A stretch of 64,000 nucleotides of DNA, taken from positions 7,828,422 through 7,892,421 of the forward strand of contig NC_092678.1 of the NCBI RefSeq assembly GCF_964355755.1, written 5' to 3'. Position 1 is the stretch's first letter. Every line of letters starts with the position of its first letter. The notes below the pieces were generated by a model, which was not told where the DNA came from, searched no databases, and saw only the letters and a list, made by a program, of their open reading frames with translations. Positions 36,701 through 47,801 of this stretch are shown piece by piece. The DNA comes from Antedon mediterranea (lineage: Eukaryota > Animalia > Echinodermata). The position numbers and the translations under genes are program-made.

Positions 36701-39010
36701 CTTGAGTTACTTTCTTTTCCAGCCAAGCTATAGTATCATAATGCCAAGGCATGAGGCTCTAAACTTTTTACTTTATATGTACCTTAACCCATGTAATCAG
36801 ACATTTTTCTACACGACGATTTGACTGTAAAGATAGGTGACTTTGGTCTAGCAACTGTAAAATCCAGGTGGAGTGGATCTCACCAGTTTGAACAACCATC
36901 AGGATCAATATTGTGGATGGTAGGTTGACCTCTGTTAGCAATCGAGGTATGAGAGTAGTAGTCTAGTGATACTATTATTGTGGATCCGATATAATTGCGC
37001 AAATAATTATAATTATACCTAATTCTCAGTGCTGTATCTCATCTCCACATACGACAATCTGCCAAGTATCATAGGTTATGTAATACAGCATCTCATGTGT
37101 ATCACATGTGTCATGTTGGGAAGGGTTACGTTATAGCCTATCATACAAAGCGATACATCTAAAACAATGTGTTGCTGTATTACAGAATTTTTTTATGAAA
37201 CTGGAGAAATTCTATGGTGAATTTTAATTTTAACTTTTAGTATTACTTTTATAATCTTTTTCATATAATTATTAAGGTATTACTTAGTTATCGTCTTCTA
37301 TAGGCTCCTATGCATACCTATGTAAAATGTAGGTATTACGTTTTTTTCTTCTTTTCAATTTTAGGCCCCTGAGGTTATCCGTATGCAAGACCCTAACCCA
37401 TACACATTCCAATCTGATGTATATGCTAATGGAGTAGTGTTGTATGAGTTGGTAACAGGTCAATTACCGTATAGTCATATTAACAATAAAGATCAGGTAA
37501 AGTTTTGTTTTTTATGCTAATATTATTGCTGACTTTTAACTTGTAGTAAATGCTGTTCTATTTTTATCAACCAACCAATCTATTTCTATTAAAAAACAAG
37601 TATAACACATTAAGATGGAGGATGAACAACAAAGTCAACATTTAGCCTAAAGACACCTTTACATATACAAATGCAATAGTACAAATAATTTCATAAGGTG
37701 AAACATTTCATGAAATTATTTGTTTTATATAACACACCTACATTTAATCAGAGACTAAGCATTTGAGAAGGCAGCAGAGTAGAACAATCATAGAGGGCTA
37801 AAGGTTGATTTTTCTTATAATTTATATTAATCTATTTTGATTGACTTGTTTTCAGATAATTTGGATGGTAGGTCGTGGTTATCTACACCCAGAACCTAAC
37901 AAAGCTAAAGGGAATACACCTAAAGCATTAAAAAGGTTAATATCGGATAGCTGTAAATACAATAGAGATGAAAGACCTTTATTTCCACAGGTAAGTCCAC
38001 ATGTTATGTTTAAAGACATTTCTTGTTGTTATCATAATTCTTATCTTCATTGTCTTATCATTATGATTATCATGGTCATCAACATTCTCATCATGATTAT
38101 CAAACTTCTCATAATGGTAACCAACATTCTCATCTTAGTTATCAACATCCTCATCTTGGTTATCAACATTTTCATCATGGTTATCAACATTCTCATCATG
38201 GTTATCAACATTCTCATCATGGTTATCAACATTCTCATCATGGTTATCAACATTCTCATTATGGTTATCAACATTATAATCATGGTTATCAACATTCTAA
38301 TCATGGTTATCAACATTCTAATCATGGTTATCAACATTCTCATTATGGTTATCAACATTGTAATCATGGTTATCAACATTGTAATCATGATTATCAACAT
38401 TGTAATCATGTTTATCAACATTCTCATTATGGTTATCAACATTCTCATCATGGTTATCAACATCCTCATTATGGTTATCAACATTCTCATTATGGTTATC
38501 AACATTCTCATTATGGTTATCAACATCCTCATCATGGTTATCAACATTCTCATTATGGTTATCAACATTCTCATCATGGTTATCAACATTCTCATCATGG
38601 TTATCAATATTCGCGTCATGGTTATGAACATTCTCGTCACGGTTATCAACATTCTCGTTATGGTTATCATTCTTCACTAATATGATAAATATCATCCTTC
38701 TATTCATCATGTAATAGTTTTCATCATGCTCTTCACTATCTCTTTTATCAATTTAAAAAATGTACTGTAAATATTGTATTTTCTTCAATGCTTTTGTAAA
38801 CATTGGAAATATTATTGCCCACAGATTTTAGCTTCATTGGAAAGCTTGGCACGATCGTTGCCCAAGATACATCGCAGCGCATCGGAACCTACAATTAACC
38901 GCGCAAGGTTAGCGTCGGATGACTTTGCTTACTGCCCGTCACCTAAGACTCCGATTCAAAGCCAATTTGGTGCTTTTCCATTATTTACGATTACAACTAA
39001 CCATTTATAG
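11929..39010 (+). CDS. BRAF: B-Raf-type Ser/Thr kinase gene, 19 coding exons, 2322 nt spliced CDS (773 aa)
   Basis: Phase-consistent GT-AG exon chain encoding the BRAF-specific region, RBD, C1 domain, [49 protein letters not shown] and SPKTP. Confidence 0.96.
12656..12758. repeat. Inverted repeat, about 40-bp arms (MITE-like)
   Basis: GGGTTTGGGAGCAAACGTCAC / GTGACGTTTGCTCCCAAACCC. Confidence 0.75.
14393..14540. mobile_element. Short MITE; related degenerate copy near 17953-18075
   Basis: Imperfect TIR AGCTCTGTCACTATCAAACT / AGTTTGATAGGGTAGACAGTGCT. Confidence 0.6.
14780..14892. repeat. Tandem repeat, about 37 bp x3
   Basis: ACAGATGTATACTGTTGGGTGTGGTATTCCACTAC units. Confidence 0.85.
15024..15739. 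mobile_element. PIF/Harbinger-like non-autonomous element
   Basis: TAA on both flanks; imperfect TIR GGTCGTGTTCGTA / TACGAACAGGCCC; interior more GC-rich than flanks. Confidence 0.6.
16753..16854 (+). CDS. BRAF: Raf exon 2, BRAF-specific region
   Basis: [34 protein letters not shown] resembles B-Raf KFGGEHNPPSIYLE; tttcag/gtaatg. Confidence 0.92.
16983..17530. repeat. 17-bp minisatellite (CTCCTATTCAGGGGACA)
   Basis: About 30 degenerate head-to-tail copies in Raf intron 2. Confidence 0.92.
17645..17860 (+). CDS. BRAF: Raf exon 3 (end of BRAF-specific region, start of RBD)
   Basis: [19 protein letters not shown]...[12 protein letters not shown]; tgcag/gtaagt. Confidence 0.93.
18224..18391 (+). 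CDS. BRAF: Raf exon 4 (Ras-binding domain)
   Basis: [14 protein letters not shown]...RIAWDID; aag/gtaagt. Confidence 0.92.
18409..18566. mobile_element. Harbinger-like MITE; related fragment near 43005-43070
   Basis: TIR GCTTGGTTCCCACTA / TAGTGGGAACCACGC. Confidence 0.6.
22112..22232. repeat. Tandem repeat, about 33 bp x3.5
   Basis: TGTCTAAACAGAGCCTTTCTTTTTGAATGCCTTA units. Confidence 0.85.
23064..23120 (+). CDS. BRAF: Raf exon 5
   Basis: [19 protein letters not shown]; ttgtag/gtaagt, phase 0-0. Confidence 0.88.
23706..23866 (+). CDS. BRAF: Raf exon 6 (C1 cysteine-rich domain)
   Basis: [43 protein letters not shown]. Confidence 0.95.
24646..25758. mobile_element. Non-autonomous TIR DNA transposon (Harbinger/ISL2EU-like)
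   Basis: TAA TSD; TIR GGCCAAAAAAAA..TGTGTTGTCCACG / CGTGGCCAACACA..TTTTTTTTGGCC. Confidence 0.75.
25771..26291. mobile_element. Helentron/HINE-like non-autonomous element
   Basis: (AAAC)n tract followed by the terminal hairpin TACCTCCTTGGCGGAGGTA; left boundary uncertain. Confidence 0.5.
26580..27500. repeat. Minisatellite of about 35 bp (GGTTACTATAGCATAGTGGTACCCAATAAATACCCA)
   Basis: More than 20 degenerate tandem copies in Raf intron 6. Confidence 0.9.
27507..27614. mobile_element. Short HINE/DINE-like element; related copy at 43709-43820
   Basis: TTTTTAGTCGCGTG hairpin start, (GTCG/GTCT)n microsatellite and internal inverted CACGCGACT. Confidence 0.55.
27786..27812 (+). CDS. BRAF: Raf exon 7, 27-nt micro-exon (ILALPPDEA)
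   Basis: ttttcag acceptor and GC|gtatgt donor; phase 2-2 links exons 6 and 8. Confidence 0.7.
27953..28142 (+). CDS. BRAF: Raf exon 8 (CR2 14-3-3 site)
   Basis: [11 protein letters not shown]; cacag/gtaagt. Confidence 0.9.
31753..32164. mobile_element. Harbinger-like MITE
   Basis: GGCCCTGTTCACAC..ATGGAGT / ACTCCAT..GTGTGAACATAAGGCC. Confidence 0.55.
32426..32456 (+). CDS. BRAF: Raf exon 9, 31-nt micro-exon ([10 protein letters not shown])
   Basis: ctcctgcag/gttagt; supplies the phase 0-to-1 change the downstream exons need. Confidence 0.75.
32624..32988. mobile_element. MITE with about 70-bp TIRs and 9-bp TSD (Mutator-like), tRNA-like interior
   Basis: TSD TTTAATTTT at 32615-32623 and 32989-32997; TIR GTGGCTAAAGATACGGTACCAT...AGAGGGCGCT. 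Confidence 0.85.
33089..33253 (+). CDS. BRAF: Raf exon 10 (His9 plus Ser-rich linker)
   Basis: Polypyrimidine tract plus tag, G|gtaagt donor, 165 nt, open, phase 1-1. Confidence 0.75.
33695..33813 (+). CDS. BRAF: Raf exon 11 (linker)
   Basis: ASAQSRISS...[17 protein letters not shown]; ttttag/gttagt, phase 1-0. Confidence 0.82.
34045..34244 (-). mobile_element. tRNA-derived SINE, internally deleted
   Basis: Head homologous to the copy at 34469-34777. Confidence 0.7.
34344..34458 (+). CDS. BRAF: Raf exon 12 (N-terminal acidic motif, P-loop)
   Basis: [11 protein letters not shown]...[16 protein letters not shown]. Confidence 0.97.
34469..34777 (-). mobile_element. tRNA-derived SINE; further fragments near 21805 and 23500
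   Basis: A box TGGCGCAGTG, B box GGTTCGAATCC, central domain and (TTA)n tail. Confidence 0.85.
34987..35071 (+). CDS. BRAF: Raf exon 13
   Basis: [27 protein letters not shown]. Confidence 0.97.
35187..35363 (+). CDS. BRAF: Raf exon 14
   Basis: [13 protein letters not shown]...[16 protein letters not shown]...IARQIAQGM. Confidence 0.97.
35552..35877. mobile_element. P-element-like MITE
   Basis: 32-bp perfect TIR starting CAAAGAACTTATAACAC; 7-bp TSD ATTAAGC. Confidence 0.85.
36312..36358 (+). CDS. BRAF: Raf exon 15 (catalytic loop)
   Basis: [15 protein letters not shown]. Confidence 0.97.
36359..36800 (+). other. U12-type (minor spliceosome) GT-AG intron
   Basis: 5' site GTATCCTTTC; branch motif TACCTTAAC at 36780-36788 close to CAG, with no polypyrimidine tract. 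Confidence 0.93.
36801..36919 (+). CDS. BRAF: Raf exon 16 (activation segment)
   Basis: [39 protein letters not shown]. Confidence 0.98.
37365..37496 (+). CDS. BRAF: Raf exon 17
   Basis: [44 protein letters not shown]. Confidence 0.97.
37856..37990 (+). CDS. BRAF: Raf exon 18
   Basis: [10 protein letters not shown]...PKALKRL...RDERPLFPQ. Confidence 0.97.
38065..38675. repeat. 21-bp minisatellite (CATGGTTATCAACATTCTCAT) in the last Raf intron
   Basis: About 28 tandem copies. Confidence 0.95.
38825..39010 (+). CDS. BRAF: Raf exon 19 (C-terminal tail and stop)
   Basis: [22 protein letters not shown]...SPKTP...TAG. Confidence 0.96.
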   Translation: MLASLESLARSLPKIHRSASEPTINRARLASDDFAYCPSPKTPIQSQFGAFPLFTITTNHL

Positions 39011-40794
39011 GACACAGCTTAAATATATTATATATACATATATTAGTGCAACAAAACCAGAGCAGTTGGACAAGATTTGTTGAGACACAGATAACTGCCA
39101 AAATGGAGTCTGGTTAAACTATCAATGTTGTACCTCGCTTATCTACTGTCATGCTTACATAGACAAGGATCCAATGCATTCATTATTGGTATGTTTTATC
39201 GATATTGCAACAACTTGATGCTTATAAATGCAACGAAAGAAGGATTTTTATTTTTGTAACCAATACCTATCGTAATAAATGAAGTTACCTTTAAGTTACG
39301 TTGTCCTATTGATGGACATTGTAACGTTATGGATTTTTGTCATGTGATCAAATGTGACTTGGGCTTGTGCGTACGTACATTCATGGCACCACCATGTGAC
39401 CACTTCAAAGCCTTTACACTATCCAGTTTAAACGTATTCAACATTGTATATTTCAACTTACAGTATAACCTTTCCTCTGTGATGCCCATATTAAGGGGAC
39501 GTTTTCCCAAGAGCAATGTGTTAACACTACAGTCACCTGCTATTCAGAGGTGTAATAGGAGTTCTACTGTGCCTATCCAGTTTAAACAACCAATGCAACA
39601 AGACATCTTCACAGAAAACATCAAGACATTTTAGATGAACTGGTTTTCTGATCTTTTTAAAGGACAGCTATTGTTGGAATTTTGTTAGTGGCAGTACAAG
39701 GATTTAACTTTTTTAATTTGCTTCTCATATTTCAACTACAGCATATTCAAAATTGAAACTTTTGTTAATTGTAAAGGCATACAATGGAAATAATTATTCT
39801 ATTCTATAGCTATATAACCAGATTTATTTATTTAAGTTTTTAATAAATTCACCTCATTATGTAAACATTTAACATCCGAGAAAGAACATTAAATCTTTAA
39901 GCAAGTTGCTTGAATTCCTACAGGGTGTTTCATTTTTCCACAAAAAGGGACAAAATCATCATAAGCTAGGCTTATTTACTATCCTTTCACTGCTGATGTG
40001 TAGTTTGAAGGGGCACGTTGAACCCTGGATACAGGCTTGATCTTTCTTTAACTTTCTTCAAATTCTGAACCAATTTTTTTTTTTAAATTACCGATTCTAA
40101 TTAATTTGGTTTGTACTTAAGTAGATTACATTTTATAAACCCATATATTGGTTACTATAAGATAATATAAACATATAGTACACAATGTGTATGATCCCCT
40201 CTTTTTCTAATATACTATTTTAAAACAGCAGTAGACTTTCTCTTGACGATTGTTGCCCCTTTTGTGGAGAAACGACACCTCCCCACCTTCTTTTTGTAAT
40301 GATGCAACACATAATGTAATGACATGAACACATTATGTGAAGAGTAACAGTAACTTACTATTGATAGCATTGCAAAATGATTGTTAATGTTGATTTTTGG
40401 GGAACTACTGTACTAGTTATGGAATCGTTGCTTTAAGGATTCTTCTAACTAACACATTATGTCATTATGAGGATATTGGTGTGCCATTCAATATTATTCT
40501 CCAGAGAAGTAATTGTATTAAAGTTGAAGAGATTGTCATGGCAGAAAATAGAATAGGAATTTATGCAACAAAATGCAAGAATGGTTTATTGCAATACATG
40601 GTATTATATACTGATATGCTGTGAGCTTTACTTGTGACAAGACTAGAGTAGCAGTTGTGTAAGAAGGTGTGGCATTGGAACGTGGTGATCATTGAGAGGA
40701 AGAGATCATAGTATTAAGAAAAATGCGTAAGAACATAATTTATACCAATATGAGAGATCACATTTAAAGATGAAATATAATTCATAAAGTCACA

Positions 40795-41130
40795 GTTAAA
40801 CAGTTGCCATTGGAGAATAAATTTATTGAAAGGAAGAAAGCGTTAACAGAGTTGCCATTGGAAAATATAGCTATTGAAAGGAAGAAGTCACAGTATTAAC
40901 AGAGCTGCCATTTGAGAATAAAGTTATTGAAAGACAGAAAGGTTTAACAAAGTTGCCATTGGAAAATAGAGTTATTGAAGGAAGAAAGCGTTTAACAGAG
41001 CTGACATTGGAAAATAGAGTTATTGAAAGGAAGAAAGCGTTTAACAGAGTTGCCATTGGAAAATAGAGTTATTGAAAGGAAGAAATCCCTGTAACAGAGC
41101 TGCCATTGGAAAATAAAGTTATTGGAAAAA
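40795..41130. repeat. Tandem repeat of about 49 bp
   Basis: TTAACAGAGTTGCCATTGGAAAATAGAGTTATTGAAAGGAAGAAAGCG, about 7 copies. Confidence 0.9.
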
Positions 41131-43559
41131 GAAATTGCACAAACGCTATTGAAAAGTTCCAGAATTGTAATTTAAAAAGATTGTTATAACAGAGATTCCG
41201 CTGGAGGACATGGTTATTTAAAGGAAAAAATTGCAGTAACATAGATGTCATTGAAAATATAGTTTTTTGAAAAAGAGATTGCAATAATACAGATGTCATT
41301 GAAAGTTTCATTATTATTATTAGAGAATGTGCCATTCTGAAGGTATTACTTATAAGCAGAGGTTGTCGTAACAGAGTTGAAAAAACAATGAATGCTCTGA
41401 AGTATGAAAACATCGTTTGATAGAGAAAATGGCAAATGTGCTGATGTCATACTCTTGTTTAGATATACATTAATAGAAAAAAGAATATTCACTACTGTTG
41501 ACTGACAGTGTGTAATAGCTGGGTTGGAAATAAGTTCCATTCAAGTAGACAATTCACCATTTGAAATGAATAGCTGGAAGTGGCTGTTGCCACAAGAGAA
41601 GGAAAAGTTTTTAAAAAATAATTTCATGTGAGAGGAAAGGTTATTGCATTATTACATTAAGTTGTATGCTTTTAAATTTCCAATGTTTGTAAAATGGGAA
41701 GCAGTTTCTTCTATGTTACACCGACTCTGGTAAAATATTTTCGTTTTATGTTCAATACTGATCTATTGTTGGTCTGCAGTTGGTTGTGCAAACTGTTAAT
41801 AAGAAAATAAGAACTTTTCGAAGACTTCTCATCTAAGTGTTACAGTCGTATGCACATGTTTTTTTAACGCATTGGTGTTGTGATAGCTTCCCATACTTTT
41901 GTGGAAACGCCAAGTTTTGAAATTACGAGTATTTGTTTGTTTAAACATACATTAAGCTCTGTTTATGTTTTGGGAGAAAAGAAAAGCCCATATAACAATC
42001 TTGACTACGAGCTTGGACGTACGCTCCTAGCAGCAAGATAGCGGAAATTAACGAAGACTGCCATATGTAAATTATTCTAATGTATTTATATGAATTCATA
42101 AACGTCACTTCCTCTGCTTTGTCCCATGACGTCACAACAAAGTGAAGGTAAGCTGTGCACATAGATTGTCAAATACAGTTAGTTGTCAGTGTTGTTGTAA
42201 TTTCCGACCCCCGGCTTGTAATCCTGTTCGGTGGATGCTATTGTAATTTTATATTTACTATAAAGAGTGTTCTCAATTTATACTTAACACATATTTGTCA
42301 TAATTTATTGCAGACCTTATTGTTTTCTTTTCTCACGAGTATGTCATATTTAGATAGAATTTGGTATTAGACGCATATAATGTGCATAGTGAACTGCTAA
42401 TATAGAATAAATGTTATGTTATTTCGGTTTTAATTCGGTATGTATAGTTGAGTACAATAATTTGCATAAATATTTTTAAATATATGTCGTTTTGATGTAT
42501 TAACGAGAAATGACGTTTAAAACTTAACATTTTTGTATTAATTCATAGATATTATCTGCAAATACGAATGTATTGACTGTAAATATATATAGATTAATCT
42601 CTACGAGAGAAAAAGCGCCGCTGGTGGCCCTTTGCAAAGACGAATAGATAGTTCGGTAGCAAGAGGTATAATAGGCCTAATGTGAACTCTTGCTTGAATG
42701 ATTATACTTAGCTCGTTATATTATGCAATGCTAGGTTAAACCTTATTAAAGAGTTGGGGATTTTGAGAGGAGTAAAAAGTTTAGATAAGTCGTATGATAG
42801 GTCAAAATAATTATGAAGTAAAAAAACCCGCAGTGCAATACACATAATAATTCATATAAAATGCCGTGTGGGGAAAATACACTTCTGTTTCGTTATCATG
42901 GGTAATACAGATTAACGTTGTTGCAACTTCGTTCCCACTAAACCGTGGTTTGCACTTGGACGCATATATAATTTGACCAATCACGGCGAAATAGAACATC
43001 TGAATTCTCGCTTGTGATTGGTCAACTCCTTTTCGTTTCGTTTACTTTGCGTCCAGATAGGAACCAAGCTTTAGAACGTACACGTAACGCAAGTATTTTG
43101 ACCAGTGACGCTGGATGACCATCCGAAATGTACCTTGTGATTGGTTAACTTACTTACGTTGCACGTACATACGTTCTTTAAAGAATGACTCTTTGAGTCG
43201 TGCGTTGGGATATTATGAATTTGGGTAGAAAGGAACTATGCGACATGAATAATGTTACAGATAATTATATTTTGGTAGTGATGTAAGTTTTAAAAAGGAT
43301 TCAATCTGCATATTCAACAACATTTAATTCTGGCCTTAAGAATAATAATATATTAGTTATGTTGGTCACTGTGACTGTTTAGGCCACCATATAAGAACTG
43401 CTGATGAAGTGCTTTAGCTACCGTCTGTTGGTGAACTTATGTACTGCAACGAATGTATTTGGCCATTAAAAGTAATAAATGCGGTGTAAATTTCCATTTT
43501 CTAAAGCAGGTGTCTTTGAGTTTTTTGTGTTGCTACATACTGGAGATAAAGTTGGGATA

Positions 43560-44150
43560 TGAAGAGTCAAAAATACAAACGCTTTATAAATAGATGGACT
43601 TGAACGGTATGTGCGCCCTACATTTGCTTCCATTCACACTTTCAAACACCAGTGGTGTGAAACAAGGTTGTGTACTAGCATGAACTCATTTCGGAATTTT
43701 TCTGGCTGGTTTTAGTCTCGTGAAACGCGACTCTACAGCTCACTATGTCAGTCGGATGGTCGGTAAACACTAACTCAAATTTGAGCACGCGACTGCAACC
43801 ATGTATATGACCTTATTCTTTCTACACGTTCCTTGACCCAACTGGCATTTTGTCTCTATCTGGGAATCTTTTTAAACTTTTACGTTTGAAAGCATGTACT
43901 GACCCTAACTAACGTACGCGATAACCAGTGATGGTGATTGTACGGCACGGATACAGATACAGATTAGAAGCTTTAAGTGAATGAACTTCTCTACGCGGAT
44001 GATACTGCAATTGTTGCGCACTCAGTATGTGATTCTATCCAGTGGAAATATACCACCACCAGCCATCAATATAAAAAAAGTTAATAACAAACTAGATGCC
44101 GAGATATTTGCCGGATTGAAAAAAAGAAAAAGCTCTCCGTTCGTCAATCT
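43560..44150 (+). mobile_element. Degenerate RTE-like LINE RT fragment
   Basis: SGVKQGCVLA near 43652 and LYADDTA near 43990, with frame disruptions. Confidence 0.55.
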
Positions 44151-44569
44151 TCTGTTAAAAAAAAGTTTTCCTTATTACATATTAATCATGCTTGGCCTTG
44201 TTCATATTGGGTAAACAACTCTTTAAAGAATACCCTGGTTAGAACTGATTTCATACGAGGAAAGTTCGGGTTGTCGGCCTCCCGGGCCATGTGAGAGAGT
44301 CGATTCAGAGCACTGGACCTGAACGGACGCATGAGCCTCCTTCTCATATTGTTGTACTGTACCTGTAATTTTTATACTTTGTCTTGTGGATATTTCATTG
44401 ATTTACTTCGATTATGAAGGGTGAGTTTTGAATAAAGCAATTGGAACCGGATTTATTGTGTAGTCTTTTATTTGATTATTTTGACGTAGACCAACTAGAT
44501 AAGTCGGTGGGACACACCTGCTGCCGAACCCGGAGGTTCTTAACGTGACCTAATCTAAAAACGTTACAT

Positions 44570-44587
44570 TGGTGTCAGAAGTGGGAT
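44570..44587 (+). promoter_or_regulatory. Primer-binding site complementary to the tRNA-Leu 3' end
   Basis: TGGTGTCAGAAGTGGGAT one nt after the LTR terminal CA. Confidence 0.85.
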
Positions 44588-44663
44588 TTAGTTGGTTCTA
44601 CTGTGATTTAGGAAACAGTTAGTGTTACCTTAGAAAAATTAGGCTCACTTTAAATTGTTAAAA

Positions 44664-46078
44664 CTAGATGGTACGCTCGCTTCGCTCGCGTACCATCTAG
44701 ATCGTGCCCACAGATGGTTCTCGAATACATAATAATTTCAGCGTTAAAAAACTGACGATTTCAAATGTACAATAATGCAGGACAATAAGACACTGTGATT
44801 TATGTACTCAACTAAAATTAGCACCCTGGGAATTACTTCCGAAAGAGAAACTTGTCGCAAAATGAGACCAATTGTTTAAGTCAAATTTAAACAAACTTAA
44901 TTTGTGTTTTGTATGTAACATTATGGTTGAGGGATGGGGAAGAGGATGGGTGCAAAGAGGAACAATTTTTAAATATATTCTTTATCCATCTAGTAACGAA
45001 ATATTAATCGTGTTCATGTTTTACAAATAATATACCACTAAACACAGTAAAACTTTGCGATGTAATTGAAACTATCACCGTCCTAGTCGATTGAAATAGT
45101 ACAGTAGGCCTACATGTAACGATACACTACGACGACATATATGTTTATATAATGTTAAACAATTTGTGAAAACCACCTCTCTATTCGGGGCAAATCATAA
45201 ATTCGATTTAATCGTTAAAAAATATTAAATTATCTAACTCAACTTAATTAGTAGGCCTAATGGTTTTCAATTGTTTCTAGAGCCAATTCATACTTAAGTT
45301 GGTTCCTACCCTACCCACCCGAAGTTGTTGTTGATCCTTCGTACCACCGTAGGCCTATCCTCTACTGGCTTTACAACGCTACTCATGCCAGTGAGGGAAG
45401 GGTGATGATGTGGGTGGTTCCCGGGGTGGTTTAACTGCAATAATAAAGATGTGTACATAATATACGCCCGCGGCGACAGAACGCTAGCTCATTATTATCC
45501 GTTAAAAAAAATCTATATCCAACCTCTGCAGCACAGATTGAAAAAAAAAATGGATCGAATTTCTGTTATGAGTATACAGCACTTGCCTTTACGACGCCTG
45601 AGGGAATAGACATTGGAATGTTCCATTCATCGCAAATCAATACATTTGTATAAACGTATATTAAATCTATCAAAATAGTATTTTTTTAAAGAAAATCGGC
45701 CTGTCTTCAACATTATGATGCTGTACTCGAGCTGTTCAACCGGTTTTCAGCCATTAAAAACAATTATCGTAGGAGGAGATAGGAAAATGCGAATCATCCT
45801 CGTATTATCGTCTGCGGGTATTTTTCAAGACGGACATCCATTAGACAGTGTATACCACGATCGAAAAACACCCCTATTTGGGGCAAATCGTTGAACCTAA
45901 ATTCGTTTTAATCGTCAATAACTAATTATCTAACTCAATTTAATTAGTAAACAGGGTTACATCAGGTGGTTAAAATCAGTACCGAAAGTACGAACCAACT
46001 TTACATACCATCGAGTAAAAATTCTAGAAATAAGGCGCGATTTACCGAATTTTGCCCTTACGTAAATTTATATATAGA
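44664..46078 (-). mobile_element. Non-autonomous Helitron inserted in the Gypsy leader
   Basis: Minus strand A|TCTATATAT...CTAG|T, GC-rich terminal hairpin at 44664-44700, no true TSD. Confidence 0.75.
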
Positions 46079-46094
46079 TTGTTATACTGTAATT

Positions 46095-47801
46095 ATGAAT
46101 AACACACTCAAGTCAATACAGGACGAAATAGAAAGGCTAGAACAACGAGAAATAAATACAACATTTATGTCGTGGTTAAGGCTAGAACGAGAGACACCGG
46201 TGGAACCTGATACCCGGTTATCTGATCCTGAACAGCCAAAACACACTTCATTCATGTTGGACGAGAACCGAGTCAATGAACCTGAATCAGGCTACCGTTC
46301 TGTAGGTCTTCTACAACACGGGGAACGAGCGCCTGTAAAGTTACGGACTGACTTCGGTATTACAGTTAGGCCTAACCTGAATGATTATGCAGAATTTGAA
46401 CAGAATCTAGAACGGGAATACAGGAGAGTGGGTGTATCAACGCCTACCTCTAGGGTAGTAGAACCCCCGCTACCTTATTATCCTAGGGACAACCAGACAA
46501 ACCCGGACTTGGGCCAAGGCTCAAGTTATATTCCCGAACAGGAACGAGGCTACAGTCATGTAATTGACCAGGGCAGTGTATACGAGCCTAGGCCGTATGG
46601 GTCCGGTACAGAAACAGAAGATCTGCTCCAGTCTCTTAGGCTGGATGAACCTGGGAGGTATCCTGTCACTAGTACAAAGTCGAACGAGGGCTTAATGAAC
46701 GAAGTACAGGATTTCCCGCAAAGCTTTGTATCCGAACGAGCTGAAAAGAGAAAGACCTCTGGCGATGATCCGGTTGTAGAGGACGGGAGTATGTGCAAAG
46801 ATTCGAATAGGCCTACCAGGCGCTCTAGTGTAATAACGGGTGGTCGTTATAGCGACGGCTATGAAAGTAGTCCCAAGAAGGTGACGATCCAGCCAAAGGA
46901 AACAGAGAAAATCGAACCAGTATTTATCCCTCCCTGGCCTCTAAAGCGGGACAATGCAGTGTATGGGAAAGAGGCGTTTGAACGAGTATTTGGTGAAGTT
47001 ATGAAACGACCGGTAGTGAATCCAGATCGTTATGAGGGAAAGACACCGTGGTACGAGTATCAGCGACATTTTAATTCATGTAGGCTAGCAAACGGTTGGA
47101 CAGACGAACAGGCTGCGACGTTTTTAGCTGCTAGCTGTTGGGGTGCTAGGAAATTTCCCGAACCAGAAGTACACGTATGCAGAACTGTCTGCAGCCTTAG
47201 AGAGGCGATATGGGACCGCGCAACAGAAGGAAAACTTTCTTCTAGAATTGCGGGTTCGTCGACAGAAAGTTGATGAGAGTTATCAGAGGCTTGGCCAGAA
47301 TATCCGAGAGTTGGCAGCTCATGCTTATTCAGACCTTCCCGAGCCACAGAGAGAACGATTGGCCAAAGGTCATTCTTAGAGGCTGTAGAAGACTCGGAGG
47401 TACGAGAAGGAATTTTTCGAGCATGTCCAAAAACTCTAGATGAGGCAATAACCGCTGCATTGAACGTTGAAGGATTCCAGAAATTAGAGAATAGCCGCCG
47501 GCCAGCGAAGCCTAAATACGTAAGGACATTACAAGAAGACGAAAGTGGAAAGCGGATTAAGAAGCTCGAAGAGACAGTGGAGAATTTAAGGAAGCAGGTC
47601 GCCTCTCCTCAACGTTTACCTGATGACCGGCGAAGAGCAGAGAGGCCACCGATGAACGTCCATTGGAACAGGATGAACCAGGGAAGAGACCGAACTTGCT
47701 TTCGTTGTGGAGAAAGAGGGCATTTCGCAAGAAATTGCAGGAATCGTAGACCCGATCGTTATAATCCGTTTCAGGGAAACGAGCAGCAACTGACCCGGTA
47801 G
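46095..47801 (+). pseudogene. gag: Gypsy gag, frameshifted
   Basis: YEGKTPWYEYQRHF..ANGWTD and CFRCGERGHFARNC split over three ORF pieces. Confidence 0.88.

Noticed and set aside
38047-38710. ORFs of 130-211 aa on both strands as independent genes
   Set aside because: They are translations of a 21-bp intronic minisatellite
40795-41130. CRISPR-like array (also the repeats at 14.8, 17 and 26.6 kb)
   Set aside because: Head-to-tail units with no unique spacers, no cas genes and a eukaryotic context
43401-43440. CTGATGA as another hammerhead core (also near 3544 and 47620)
   Set aside because: No stem II closed by GAAA follows
45966-46094. N-terminal extension of gag in the ORF track
   Set aside because: Mostly inside the Helitron insertion; the likely start is the ATG at 46095
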